NCBI GenBank assembly: GCA_029881335.1
Contig: JAOUMU010000003.1
Location: forward strand, 1-60,746
Direction of reading: 5' to 3'
Source of the DNA: Nitrospinota bacterium
GTDB lineage: Bacteria; Nitrospinota_A; UBA7883
Length of the DNA: 60,746 nt
Shown one piece after another: positions 1 to 9,491 of the stretch. The notes beneath the pieces are model-generated. The model ran no database searches, had not been told where the DNA came from, and saw nothing but the letters and a program-made list of their open reading frames with translations. The position numbers and the translations under genes were made by a program. The number at the start of each line of letters is the position of its first letter. The first letter of the stretch is position 1.

Positions 1-1
1 T

Positions 2-1354
2 ATGCATAACCGGAAGATAAGACTGTTGATCGTCGACGACGAAGACGCTTTTAGGGAACTTTTATTGCGCCGGTTTGACCGGTCAGAGTTTCTGGCAATG
101 GGCGCCCGATCGGGAGAAGAAGCCCTGGAAGTTATGAAGGCCAACATGTTCGATGTTGGAGTCATAGACATCAGGATGCCGGGCATCTCCGGAATAGATC
201 TGCTGAGGGAGATAAAGCTCCTGCAGCCGGATTTCGAGGCGATCATGCTCACAGGGCAGGCGACCATAGACACCGCCATAGAGGCGATGAAGATGGGGGC
301 TCACGATTATCTGGCCAAGCCATGTAAACTATTTGAGCTGGAAATCGTCATAAGAAAGGCGTTCGAGAAGAAAATGCTGGGGGAGCAGAACGCCAAACTG
401 CGAGCGGAGCTAAAGCAAAAAGCGGGTCGCCACGAGATCGTCGGAGACTCTATCCAGATGCGGGAACTACGCGAAAAAGTGAATAACCTGGCCCTGCTGG
501 ATGAGCCGGTGCTGATCCGTGGCGAAAGCGGCGCCGGCAAGGAACTGGCCGCCAGATGCATACATTACATCTCCAATCGCAAGGACAATCCCTTCTACGC
601 CATCAACTGCGGAGTGTTGACCGAGGGAATGCTGGAAGTGGAGCTGTTCGGCCATGAGGCGATGGCCTTCGTGGGAGCGGCCATGCGCAAAAAGGGGTAT
701 GTGGAATCGGCCAACGGAGGTACGATCCTGCTCAACGAAGCGGAGCAGATCCCCCCTTCCATGCAGGTGAAGATACTCTCATATTTAGAGACCGGCGAGT
801 TCCGCCGAGTGGGAGGCGAGGCTGACATTTCTGCCAACACCAGGCTTTTGTTCGCCACCACGGAGGACCCACGCCAACCCATCACGCACGACAGGTTTCG
901 CGACGATTTCTTTTACAAGATATCCACACTGTCGCTTAGCATTCCCTCGCTTCGAGAGCATAAGGAAGATATCACCGAGTTGGCCTCCTATTTCATAAAA
1001 AATAGCCTTATCCCCACAGCGCGTAACAAAAGGATCGCAAAGAAGGCCATGGACGCGCTTATGCGCTACCACTGGCCGTTCAACTCCCGGGAGCTTATCA
1101 ACGTGCTGGAGCGGGCCATAGGGCTCACGGCCCGCAACGTCATCCAGCTCAAGGACCTGCCGATCAGCTTCGAGAAAAAATCGAAAGCTGGCCGCCAGCG
1201 TCACCTGCAGAGCCTGTCGGAGATCGAACGGGAGCATATCCTCCATGTGCTCGACGCGGTGAACGGAAACATATCCCAGGCCGCCAGGATACTGGGGATC
1301 AGCCGACCGAAGCTGTATCGGAAGCAGGAGCGCTACCGCACCGAGACTGCGTAG
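2..1354 (+). CDS. sigma-54-dependent (NtrC/Fis family) response regulator: REC + AAA+ activator domain + Fis-type HTH
   Basis: 450-aa ORF. Receiver domain (RLLIVDDEDAF ... VIDIRMPGISG). Walker A GESGAGKE, ELFGHE, Walker B GGTILLNE. C-terminal HTH NISQAARILGISRPKLYRK. ATG at nt 2, so the gene appears complete. Confidence 0.9.
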   Translation: MHNRKIRLLIVDDEDAFRELLLRRFDRSEFLAMGARSGEEALEVMKANMFDVGVIDIRMPGISGIDLLREIKLLQPDFEAIMLTGQATIDTAIEAMKMGAHDYLAKPCKLFELEIVIRKAFEKKMLGEQNAKLRAELKQKAGRHEIVGDSIQMRELREKVNNLALLDEPVLIRGESGAGKELAARCIHYISNRKDNPFYAINCGVLTEGMLEVELFGHEAMAFVGAAMRKKGYVESANGGTILLNEAEQIPPSMQVKILSYLETGEFRRVGGEADISANTRLLFATTEDPRQPITHDRFRDDFFYKISTLSLSIPSLREHKEDITELASYFIKNSLIPTARNKRIAKKAMDALMRYHWPFNSRELINVLERAIGLTARNVIQLKDLPISFEKKSKAGRQRHLQSLSEIEREHILHVLDAVNGNISQAARILGISRPKLYRKQERYRTETA

Positions 1355-1428
1355 CGGAAGGGAATGTCATTGAGAAGAAAGAACCAGGGCGGGAAATATT
1401 GAGAGCCGGTTTAATCCTTTTCGCTCCC

Positions 1429-1854
1429 CTACTTTTTGGTCGCCTCCACGAATTTCATCCTCAGGTCATACAGAAGATGCTTGATCAGTTTGGCCTCCTC
1501 CTCATTTAGGTTCCCCCTGGTTTTCTCCTCGATCATCGACAGGATATCAATGGCCTGCTTGGCTTGGCTCAGGTTCACTGAAGTCTTGCCACTGACCGGA
1601 TCCTGAAATCCGCCGAGGCTGTACACAGCGTTGGACGCCAGCGACAGAACGAAAGTGGAAAAATCGATGGGGGGCGCCTTCAGCTCCTCCTCTTCCGCGG
1701 AATATAGGCCTTCGTCGGCCGATGGGCCTTCGTCGGCCGATTCATCTTGCGTCACAGGCCTGCTCTCCTGGACATCCTCCTGCTCTTCGTGGCGATGGCG
1801 CTTATCTACAAAAGAGAAGGTTCCCTCCTCTTTTTCATTGCTGGCGGAGGGCAT
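1429..1854 (-). CDS. DUF1844 domain-containing protein (acidic N-terminus, conserved C-terminal half)
   Basis: 141-aa ORF. The IDFSTFVLSLASNAV ... QAKQAIDILSMIEEKTRGNLNEEEAKLIKHLLYDLRMKFVE pattern matches my recollection of DUF1844. Its start overlaps the rpoZ stop by 1 nt (TAATG). Confidence 0.72.
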   Translation of the reverse strand: MPSASNEKEEGTFSFVDKRHRHEEQEDVQESRPVTQDESADEGPSADEGLYSAEEEELKAPPIDFSTFVLSLASNAVYSLGGFQDPVSGKTSVNLSQAKQAIDILSMIEEKTRGNLNEEEAKLIKHLLYDLRMKFVEATKK

Positions 1855-2108
1855 TATTCTTCTTCCGTGTTCACAGATTCCATGGTGGCGAAAAGATCCT
1901 CGCTGGTGGTAATCTCTTCCTTGCGGGTCTCTATCTTTCCCTCGGCGATTTCCTTGAGGGCGATATCAATCGCCGAAAGGCCCTCATACTCCACCAGCGG
2001 ATCCGCCCCTTCCTGGAGCTGCCGCACTCTCTGGGTGACTGTATTGGTAAGCAGAAAAGATTGTGTGATCTTTTTGTTGGCCTCGGAATATAGCTGCATA
2101 TCAAACAT
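1854..2108 (-). CDS. rpoZ: DNA-directed RNA polymerase subunit omega
   Basis: ORF 1854..2189. The internal ATG at 2108 is preceded by AGGAG with 9-nt spacing. Omega-like core RVRQLQEGADPLVE ... ALKEIAEGKI. Confidence 0.68.
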   Translation of the reverse strand: MFDMQLYSEANKKITQSFLLTNTVTQRVRQLQEGADPLVEYEGLSAIDIALKEIAEGKIETRKEEITTSEDLFATMESVNTEEE

Positions 2109-2124
2109 CTGTATGGTCTCCTGA

Positions 2125-2502
2125 TTAACTTTTAAAGGCGGGATTTTCCCCCGCCTGGGTTTTTTCGCTCTCTTCCTGGCAATGAACACACAGGATGGAA
2201 TAAGGTTGGGCGGCCAATCTCTTTTTCGCTATTTTCCCTTCACACTCGGCGCATGTGCCATACTCGCCATGGTCGATTCGCTTGAGCGCCTCTTCAATAA
2301 GCCTCAATTCGTCCTTACCACGGCTTTTGAAAAGATAAGCCATCTCTTGCTCGTAAGCCGATTCTGCTATGTCCGCCTCGTCTCCATGGCGACCTTCCAG
2401 GTCCCTTTTAATCTCACGATCTATATTCTCGTCCGCTTTGAGCAAAAGAGCTCGTTTTTTCAGCAAGAGCTTTCTAAAGTCCTCAAATTCTTGGGATTTC
2501 AT
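2125..2502 (-). CDS. dksA: DksA/TraR family C4-type zinc-finger transcription factor
   Basis: ORF 2125..2553. ATG at 2502 is preceded by GGAGTGAG/GGAAGGAG. Coiled-coil region followed by CAECEGKIAKKRLAAQPYSILCVHC (CxxC-x17-CxxC). Confidence 0.82.
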   Translation of the reverse strand: MKSQEFEDFRKLLLKKRALLLKADENIDREIKRDLEGRHGDEADIAESAYEQEMAYLFKSRGKDELRLIEEALKRIDHGEYGTCAECEGKIAKKRLAAQPYSILCVHCQEESEKTQAGENPAFKS

Positions 2503-2749
2503 AATCTCACTCCTTCCATATCCGCTCAGCTTCACATGACGCCGGGAAGCCATCCAGCTTTATAGGGCCTCACACAGGTTTTATTGTCCCGGCGGTTTTT
2601 TAAAGTCCTGATATCATAGTTAAATATAAACCTTTGGGCAAGAAAATAACATAAGCCACCTAAAGATTCAGCAAAACTTAGTGACCGAACTTATGTCAGG
2701 AGGCCGCAACAACACACGAGGTGGGCCTTATTATACAATGTCTTATACC

Positions 2750-3577
2750 TTACAAAGCCTTCAGCCTCCTGGATGGAGAAGCATATGAGTGCTTCTCTGA
2801 AGGATACTCCCCACCGCGCACTTCCCTGGTGTACTCCCGGAACGCATCGTGGGCCACTGTGGCCATATCGGCATATTCCTTTACAAATTTTGGCGCATGA
2901 CCTTCCGAAAGCCCCAGCATGTCGTTGGCCACCAGCACCTGCCCATCGCAATAAGGCCCGGCGCCTATACCAATGACCGGAATCTGAACCCTGGAGGACA
3001 CTTCCGCACCCAGATCCATAGGGACGCATTCCAGCACCAAGGAGAACGCGCCGGCGTCCTCCAGCCTGCGGGCGTCATCAATCAGCTTTCTTTCCGCCTC
3101 CAGCCCCTGGCCCTGCACCTTGAAACCGCCCAGCGCATGCACCGATTGAGGGGTGAGCCCAAGATGGCCCATGACAGGAATACCTGCCGCCACGAGCTCT
3201 TTAATGGAATCTATGAGCGACTCCACCCCTTCAAGTTTCACAGCTTCCGCTCCCTCGGCCACCAGCCTGCCGGCATTTTCCAGGGTCCGGCCAGCTCCCA
3301 GCCGGAACGACATGAAAGGCATATCCGCCACAACAAACGCCCGCCCGGTTCCCTTTCGCACAGCCCTGGTATGGTAAACCATATGATCCATTGTCACCTT
3401 CAGGGTGTTCTCCTCTCCCTGGAACGTCATTCCCAGCGAATCGCCCACCAGCACGATGTCCACCCCCGCCCGATCCGCCAGGGAGGCCATGGCAAAGTCA
3501 TATAAAGCAAGCGCGGCGATTTTCTTCCCCTCGGTCTTCATCTGGCGGATTGTAGTGACTGTAACTTTGTCTTTCAT
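2750..3577 (-). CDS. panB: 3-methyl-2-oxobutanoate hydroxymethyltransferase (ketopantoate hydroxymethyltransferase)
   Basis: 275-aa ORF. The N-terminus TIRQMKTEGKKIAALALYDFAMASLADRAGVDIVLVGDSLGM and the overall length are typical of PanB. Confidence 0.92.
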   Translation of the reverse strand: MKDKVTVTTIRQMKTEGKKIAALALYDFAMASLADRAGVDIVLVGDSLGMTFQGEENTLKVTMDHMVYHTRAVRKGTGRAFVVADMPFMSFRLGAGRTLENAGRLVAEGAEAVKLEGVESLIDSIKELVAAGIPVMGHLGLTPQSVHALGGFKVQGQGLEAERKLIDDARRLEDAGAFSLVLECVPMDLGAEVSSRVQIPVIGIGAGPYCDGQVLVANDMLGLSEGHAPKFVKEYADMATVAHDAFREYTREVRGGEYPSEKHSYASPSRRLKAL

Positions 3578-3864
3578 TGTCTTTCCCGGATATCAATTAA
3601 ATGCGGATGTCGGGAGGGGGGGGGAGCGCCAGGCATGAGGCCTGCGTCGAATATGGCTTTCTCTCCAACCGTCCCGGTCCGCGCTAATAAACGGATCCAA
3701 GCGGATACCTGGTGATTGTATCCTATTTTTAAATGATTTAAAAGATGTTCGCCCCGTCTCTCTCCATGCGCGTTTTATATGTCGCAAAGCGAGCTTCTCC
3801 TTGCTTTTCATCGCTGGGCGCCTTAAAGTATATGTCTTTTCTTACTTTTTGGAGGTTGCATTAC

Positions 3865-5013
3865 ATGGCTGTCCGCATAGCCGCTGGTATCACTGTTCTC
3901 GCCCTGATAGGCGGTTCGATATTTTTCATCAATATGTCCCAGTCCTCTGGGCCGGAGAAGACAGCCACCCATCAAACGCCGTCGGGTGACGCCGAATCCA
4001 AACTGAGCTTTGACCTGGAGGATACCGTTCCCAAGATCGATTTCGATTCCATTCCGGATATTATCGCCGAAGTGGACGGCCAGCCGCTCCCCAAGGACGA
4101 ATACGTAAAAGAACTCAAGTTTTTCCAGGAGATGGTAAAGAAGAGCAACCAACCCATCGGTCAGGAATACACCGAACAGATCAAGAATCAGATATTGACC
4201 AAGATCGTGGACGGACACATGTTCCTTGCCAAGGCGGATAAGGTCGGGATCGAGGTGGATCCCGCTGAGGTGAAAAGTAGCCTGGAAAAAATGAAAGCTG
4301 GATTCGGCGACGAAGCCAAGTTCAAGGATTTTATGGAAACCAGAGGTTTCACCGACGAGTCGTTAGCGGAGGAAATGGAAAAGGGGATGCGCATCAGAGC
4401 TCTTCTGGACCAGGAAGTGGCAAAAAAGATAGAGATTGGCGAGCCCGAGGCGAAACAGTTCTACGATAGCAATCCTGATAAATTCGAGGCCAAGGAGAGG
4501 GTTCACGCCTCCCACATACTAGTCATGTCCAGCAATCCGGCGGACACCGAAGGGGACAAGACAGCCAAGGCCAAGGCGGAAGCGATCCTGGCCAAGCTTA
4601 AGGGTGGCGCGGATTTCGCCGAAACAGCCAAGGCGGAAAGCGACGACAAAGGCTCCGGCGCCAATGGCGGCGACCTGGGATTCTTCGCCCAGAAAGACAT
4701 GGTCCCCGAATTCGGCGAGGTCGCCTTCTCCATGAAACCTGGAGAGTTGTCCGACCTGGTGAAAACCCAGTTCGGATATCACATCATCAAGGTTTTCGAG
4801 AAGAAACCGGCCGGGAATGTCCCTTTCTCGGAAGTCCGGGACAATATCATCCAAAAGCTTAAGATGACCAAATCCAACAATGCCGTGATGGATTATATCG
4901 ACCAGTTGTACGTGGAGATGTCGGTCAAGGTTATAGACAAGGATAACAAGATGGGCCCCATCACCTTGAAGAAAGACGCCTCAGCCGGAGCCGGACACAA
5001 CCCGCCGAATTAA
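3865..5013 (+). CDS. periplasmic peptidyl-prolyl cis-trans isomerase, parvulin type (SurA/PpiD/PrsA-like)
   Basis: ORF 3745..5013. ATG at 3865 sits 9 nt after GGAGG. N-terminal membrane anchor/signal (AVRIAAGITVLALIGGSIFF). Rotamase motifs HASHILV, GGDLGFF, FGYHIIKV. Confidence 0.85.
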   Translation: MAVRIAAGITVLALIGGSIFFINMSQSSGPEKTATHQTPSGDAESKLSFDLEDTVPKIDFDSIPDIIAEVDGQPLPKDEYVKELKFFQEMVKKSNQPIGQEYTEQIKNQILTKIVDGHMFLAKADKVGIEVDPAEVKSSLEKMKAGFGDEAKFKDFMETRGFTDESLAEEMEKGMRIRALLDQEVAKKIEIGEPEAKQFYDSNPDKFEAKERVHASHILVMSSNPADTEGDKTAKAKAEAILAKLKGGADFAETAKAESDDKGSGANGGDLGFFAQKDMVPEFGEVAFSMKPGELSDLVKTQFGYHIIKVFEKKPAGNVPFSEVRDNIIQKLKMTKSNNAVMDYIDQLYVEMSVKVIDKDNKMGPITLKKDASAGAGHNPPN

Positions 5014-5892
5014 GGGCCACAGGCCAGGATTCGCAGGCAAAACTCCGACAGAGTTTTTGGCGGCCAGCTTTTGTCCGCGGTTGGCGTAGCAATAGGCGCA
5101 TCCGGCGGGGCAGGTATCATAGGCCCCTATGTCCATGCTGGCGTGGCATCCACACAGCCGCCGGGTGGGCCTCTTCGGCAGCCCCGAAAGGTCCACCCCC
5201 GTCACGGCAGCCATCCTTTCCCGGTCCACGCAACTTGAGGCGGGAATGTCGCCTCGGATATCCTCCTTCTCGCAACAGGCCGAAAGCCTTATTCCCCTCC
5301 TGGCGGCGATGGCCGCCATGGATGAGACCAAGGTTGGCAGATCTCCGGGGGCCGGGGCCAGAATTGGCGAACAGTTCTCTTCCATCAACCGCGGAAGCCG
5401 CCTGGAGAACTTGGCGTAGAAGTCGATAAACGATGTGACGCATTCATCTGTGGCGCCCTCCATCATGTCGGCCAGCCCGGCGAAATTCCTCAGATGCCAT
5501 TCGGCGTCCATCCCCTCGGCCAGCATCACCGGATCATAGCGCCACACCACGGCCTTGGGGCCATGCCGAAGGGCCAGGGCGTGGGCCGTCCGCACCGCTA
5601 TCTCGATCGGCGGCGAGCCAGGATCCACCCATTTGGGATATCCGATGATAGTGAACTGGAAATAAAAGTGGTACCCCATATCTGATAGCCTTGCGCAGTC
5701 ATCGAGCATTGGACGGTAATCACGCGACCAGAAGACGATTCCATCCACATCCTCAAGCCTGAGGGAGACTTCCCGCGTATGACCATCGAATGGATTTTTC
5801 ACCATGGCCTGGCCCCGCTCTATCTTGTCCATGAACCATCGAGAATGGAAGGCGGGGATATCTGTCCTGCGGGAAGCGGAAATTATGGCCAT
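4981..5892 (-). CDS. DUF1848 domain-containing protein (Cys-rich C-terminus with CX3CX2C)
   Basis: 303-aa ORF. N-terminus ISASRRTDIPAFHSRWF and C-terminal CGCHASMDIGAYDTCPAGCAYCYAN match my recollection of DUF1848. The 3' end overlaps the convergent PPIase gene by 33 nt. Confidence 0.78.
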   Translation of the reverse strand: MAIISASRRTDIPAFHSRWFMDKIERGQAMVKNPFDGHTREVSLRLEDVDGIVFWSRDYRPMLDDCARLSDMGYHFYFQFTIIGYPKWVDPGSPPIEIAVRTAHALALRHGPKAVVWRYDPVMLAEGMDAEWHLRNFAGLADMMEGATDECVTSFIDFYAKFSRRLPRLMEENCSPILAPAPGDLPTLVSSMAAIAARRGIRLSACCEKEDIRGDIPASSCVDRERMAAVTGVDLSGLPKRPTRRLCGCHASMDIGAYDTCPAGCAYCYANRGQKLAAKNSVGVLPANPGLWPLIRRVVSGSG

Positions 5893-5935
5893 ATCGCAAT
5901 GGGAACCATAGACACAATGGGAGCCATTGTCGCCA

Positions 5936-7639
5936 TCAGCTCTTCTGGGCGTCGGCCAGCGCTTCCCGGGCCCATTTCAGGGCAGCCTTGGCGGCCTCAC
6001 CATCGCCCACTCCGCCAGCCATCCGCGCCAGTTCCTCTATCTTCTCCTGCTCCCCCAGGATGCTGGCCTCTACATGGGTTCTTCCTTCCACCACCTTTTT
6101 GCCGATCCGCAGGTGCAGGTCCGCGTGGCGAGCCACCTGGGGCAGATGGGTGATGCAGAACACTTGACAACCCCGGGAAAGCTCCCTTAATTTCTTGCCA
6201 AGTGTGTCCGCCGTGGCGCCACCCATTCCGGAGTCTATCTCGTCAAACACCATCACCGCGGCGGGCTGGTCGCCGGGGAGCACTGTTTTGATGGCCAGCA
6301 TCAGCCGACTAATCTCCCCTCCGGAAGCAATGCGGGCAAGAGGCTTTTGCGGCTCCCCCGGATTTGCGCTGAATATAAACTCCATGCCTCGTATCCCCTC
6401 CGGGTCGAGCTTGGGCGCCCCCGCATCGCCGCCTTGAGCGGCAGGGGGACCGAAATCCGCGGCTAACATCGCCTTCTCCATGTTCAGGCTTTTCAGCTGG
6501 GCCACTGCCGCCGAGGTGAACGATGGCGCCCCGCTGGCGCGTTCTGCGTCCAACCTCCTCCCCAGCACCAAGGCCTCCTTATGGAGACGGTGGGCCTCCT
6601 CCCGCAGTTTGTCGATATTGTCACGCATAAACACCAGTTCATCGAGTTCGGTTTCCGCAGCTTGCCCAAACCGGAGGATATCTTCCACTCCACCGCCATA
6701 CTTTCGCTTGAGCCCCCGAATCAGATTCAGCCGGTCATCCACGCTCTCAAGCCTGGCCGGATCCATGTCCACTCCCGCCAGGTATCCGCGGATGGCCCCG
6801 GCTGCCTCATCAATCTGGAGCAAAGCTCCTTCCAGGGCGGACTTGGCAGGATTCAAATCACTGTCTATGGTGGACATTTTCTCCAAGACTCCCATAGCCT
6901 TGTTCAGGCCCAGGTTGGATGAGCCCTCCGGCTCATCCATCAGCGCCAATACCTGCGCCAGACCTTCCACCAATTTCTCCGCGTTGGCCAGCTTATGTTT
7001 CTCCGCCGCCCAGGTCTCCTCTTCGCCCGGCTTTAACTCCGCCCCGATTATTTCGGCCACCTGGTGCCGCAGGATGTCGATGCGGCGCTCCCGTTCCCGC
7101 TGGCCGCTTTTGGCGGTGTCCAGCTTTGCCTGGGCCTCCAGCCAATCGGCACGAGCCGTCTGGTATTGCGCCTTCAAGGGCAAAAGCCCCAGGAATTTGT
7201 CCAGGATCATCATATGGATGGAAGGGTCAAGCAGTGTCTGGCTGTCGTGCTGCCCCAGGATATCCACCAGCATGGCGCCTGCGGCCTTCACCTGGGCCAC
7301 CGTGGCGGAACAGCCATTTATGAAAGCGCGGTTCTTCCCTCCCCGGCTAAGCACCCGGCGCAAAAGCAGGCCCTCGGCGACATCGAATCCGTTCACCTCC
7401 AGCCAGGAGGGAAGCCCCGGCGCCCCGCGGGTATCGAACATGGCTTCCACCACCGCCTTCTCTTTTGAAGAGCGGATCATATCCTCGCTGCTTCTGCCGC
7501 CCAGGACCATCTCCAGCGCCCCGATGATGATAGACTTTCCGGCGCCGGTCTCCCCGGTGAAAGCGCAAAATCCGGGGGTGAACTCCAGCCGCACCTCGTC
7601 GATGATGGCGAAATCACTTACGTAAAGTTCCTTTAGCAT
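5936..7639 (-). CDS. recN: DNA repair protein RecN (SMC-like ATPase)
   Basis: 567-aa ORF. N-terminal Walker A FTGETGAGKSIIIGAL, long coiled-coil middle, C-terminal signature SGGEISRLMLAIK and Walker B VMVFDEIDSG. Confidence 0.93.
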   Translation of the reverse strand: MLKELYVSDFAIIDEVRLEFTPGFCAFTGETGAGKSIIIGALEMVLGGRSSEDMIRSSKEKAVVEAMFDTRGAPGLPSWLEVNGFDVAEGLLLRRVLSRGGKNRAFINGCSATVAQVKAAGAMLVDILGQHDSQTLLDPSIHMMILDKFLGLLPLKAQYQTARADWLEAQAKLDTAKSGQRERERRIDILRHQVAEIIGAELKPGEEETWAAEKHKLANAEKLVEGLAQVLALMDEPEGSSNLGLNKAMGVLEKMSTIDSDLNPAKSALEGALLQIDEAAGAIRGYLAGVDMDPARLESVDDRLNLIRGLKRKYGGGVEDILRFGQAAETELDELVFMRDNIDKLREEAHRLHKEALVLGRRLDAERASGAPSFTSAAVAQLKSLNMEKAMLAADFGPPAAQGGDAGAPKLDPEGIRGMEFIFSANPGEPQKPLARIASGGEISRLMLAIKTVLPGDQPAAVMVFDEIDSGMGGATADTLGKKLRELSRGCQVFCITHLPQVARHADLHLRIGKKVVEGRTHVEASILGEQEKIEELARMAGGVGDGEAAKAALKWAREALADAQKS

Positions 7640-7679
7640 GGCTTTTTGATATTAGTGTCTATTGTTTCCGGGCGCTCTG

Positions 7680-8537
7680 TCACTCCCCCCATCGCAGCTT
7701 GCCGCGAAGCAGGTTGTAGTAATCTGTATATGGCGACTGTATGATCCTGGTGATATCCTCTGACCGGCGGATGGTGATCCTGGATCTGGTGTCCAGCCCG
7801 AATACCACCTGCCCGTCCAGGGTGGCCTGAGCGGCGTTCCCCTTGGCCCTGGGCGTGACGGAGAGACGGATGGTTACATTGTCCGGGATGACGATGGGCC
7901 GTATCGACAAAGTCTGCGGACAAATGGGCGTGATGATTATGGCGTTTAGCGACGGATATACGATTGGACCGTTGGCGGAGAGGTTGTAGGCCGTGGAACC
8001 GGTGGGAGTGGAGATGATCAACCCATCGGAAGTGTAGTGGTTGAGCAGTTCGCCATTGACCTCCACCCGTACGGTGATCAACTGGCTGGTACTCCCCCGG
8101 TGGATAAGCACATCGTTTAGCGCCGTATATGAAACCCCCTTCTTGCCATCGAAGGATATTTCCGCCGCCAGCATTATCCGGTCCTCGTAGGTGAAGTCGC
8201 CATTGAGAACCTTTTCCAGCGCGGGAAACATATCCTCCAGGGTGAACTCCGTCAAGAAACCGAGGCTCCCCAGGTTTACGCCCAGCACCGGGGCCTTACG
8301 CCCTTCGAGCAGGCGGGATAGCCCTATCAAGGTTCCATCACCTCCGAGTACCACCACCAGGTCCGCCTCCTGGGCCAAGGCGGATTTTTCCATTCCCCCA
8401 TCCAGGCCCGCGGCGTCGGCGGTGTCCTGGTCCAGCAAGGGGGCGATTTTTCTCTCCCGCAGCCAACCGACCAGCCGGGCCACGGCTTCTGCGGCCAAGG
8501 GGCTTTGTGTGTTTGCAACGATTCCAATCTTTTCCAT
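7680..8537 (-). CDS. nadK: NAD(+) kinase
   Basis: ORF 7680..8594. The likely start is the ATG at 8537 (MEKIGIVAN). GGDGTLIG motif and TPTGSTAYNLSANGPIV motif. Confidence 0.9.
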   Translation of the reverse strand: MEKIGIVANTQSPLAAEAVARLVGWLRERKIAPLLDQDTADAAGLDGGMEKSALAQEADLVVVLGGDGTLIGLSRLLEGRKAPVLGVNLGSLGFLTEFTLEDMFPALEKVLNGDFTYEDRIMLAAEISFDGKKGVSYTALNDVLIHRGSTSQLITVRVEVNGELLNHYTSDGLIISTPTGSTAYNLSANGPIVYPSLNAIIITPICPQTLSIRPIVIPDNVTIRLSVTPRAKGNAAQATLDGQVVFGLDTRSRITIRRSEDITRIIQSPYTDYYNLLRGKLRWGE

Positions 8538-8666
8538 AAGCGCTTTCTTTACATGCCCAGGCTTCCAGCGCCAGTCCTTGTGGGGAATTGACAAGGCAGC
8601 CGGTTTGCCGCATAGTAATCAGGATCGAGTTTCTATTATACAAAACATAAGTTCCCAACGTTCAAT

Positions 8667-9461
8667 ATGTTTATTCCTTATTTTTCAAAAAGGGCCCATG
8701 GGGCCGCAGCCGGGCTGCCGCTAATATTATTTCTTCTGCTGTCAACCGGGGTGTCTGGTTGCGTGCAGACACACGTTGAGATGGTCACGGACGACTCGCG
8801 GCTTTTAGAGAGGGCCAACAATTTCTACGCCCGCCAGAGGTATAACCAGGCCACAGAATCATACCGGAAGGTGATGGATGAATACCCCGATTCCAAGTAC
8901 AGAAAAGTGGCCGTCATTGGCCTGGCCGATTCCCTTTACAAGGAGGGCCAGTTCGATGAGGCAAATCTGTACTATGAGCGGTTCGTGGAGATGTATCCAC
9001 TGGATGAATTGACTCCCCGGGCGCTTTTCTATTACGGCATGTGCTACATGATGCTCACCAGCACGCCGGACCGGAGCCAGAAACAGACCAGATTGGCCAT
9101 ACAGATGTTTGATGGATTCCTCACCAGATACCCGGATCACATCCTGGCTCCCACCGCGGCCTGGAACAAGGAGCAGATGGAGGCCATGCTGCTGCAGAGC
9201 AAGCTGGACGTGGCGCGGTTTTACTTCAACACCTACAAGAGCACAGCCGCCATTGATCGGCTAAAGGAATATTTAAGCAATAATCCAAAGTCGCCCGACA
9301 CCCCGGAGGCTTTGTTCATGCTGGGAGAGAGCTTTAGACGGAAGCAGTCTTATAGAAAGGCCGCGGAGGTGTTCACCGTGCTGATAGGTGACCACCCGAA
9401 TGACGAATGGGCCAAAAAAGCAAGGGAGTCCGCCGCCAGGCTGACCGTAAAATCCAACTAA
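8667..9461 (+). CDS. bamD: outer membrane protein assembly factor BamD-like TPR lipoprotein
   Basis: 264-aa ORF. Lipoprotein signal ending LLSTGVSGC. TPR-like repeats (YPDSKYRKVAVIGLADSLYKEGQFDEA ... YPDHILAP) are typical of BamD/YfiO. Confidence 0.72.
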   Translation: MFIPYFSKRAHGAAAGLPLILFLLLSTGVSGCVQTHVEMVTDDSRLLERANNFYARQRYNQATESYRKVMDEYPDSKYRKVAVIGLADSLYKEGQFDEANLYYERFVEMYPLDELTPRALFYYGMCYMMLTSTPDRSQKQTRLAIQMFDGFLTRYPDHILAPTAAWNKEQMEAMLLQSKLDVARFYFNTYKSTAAIDRLKEYLSNNPKSPDTPEALFMLGESFRRKQSYRKAAEVFTVLIGDHPNDEWAKKARESAARLTVKSN

Positions 9462-9491
9462 ACTCGCACCGAAACCCCACAGGGAAGCTGC

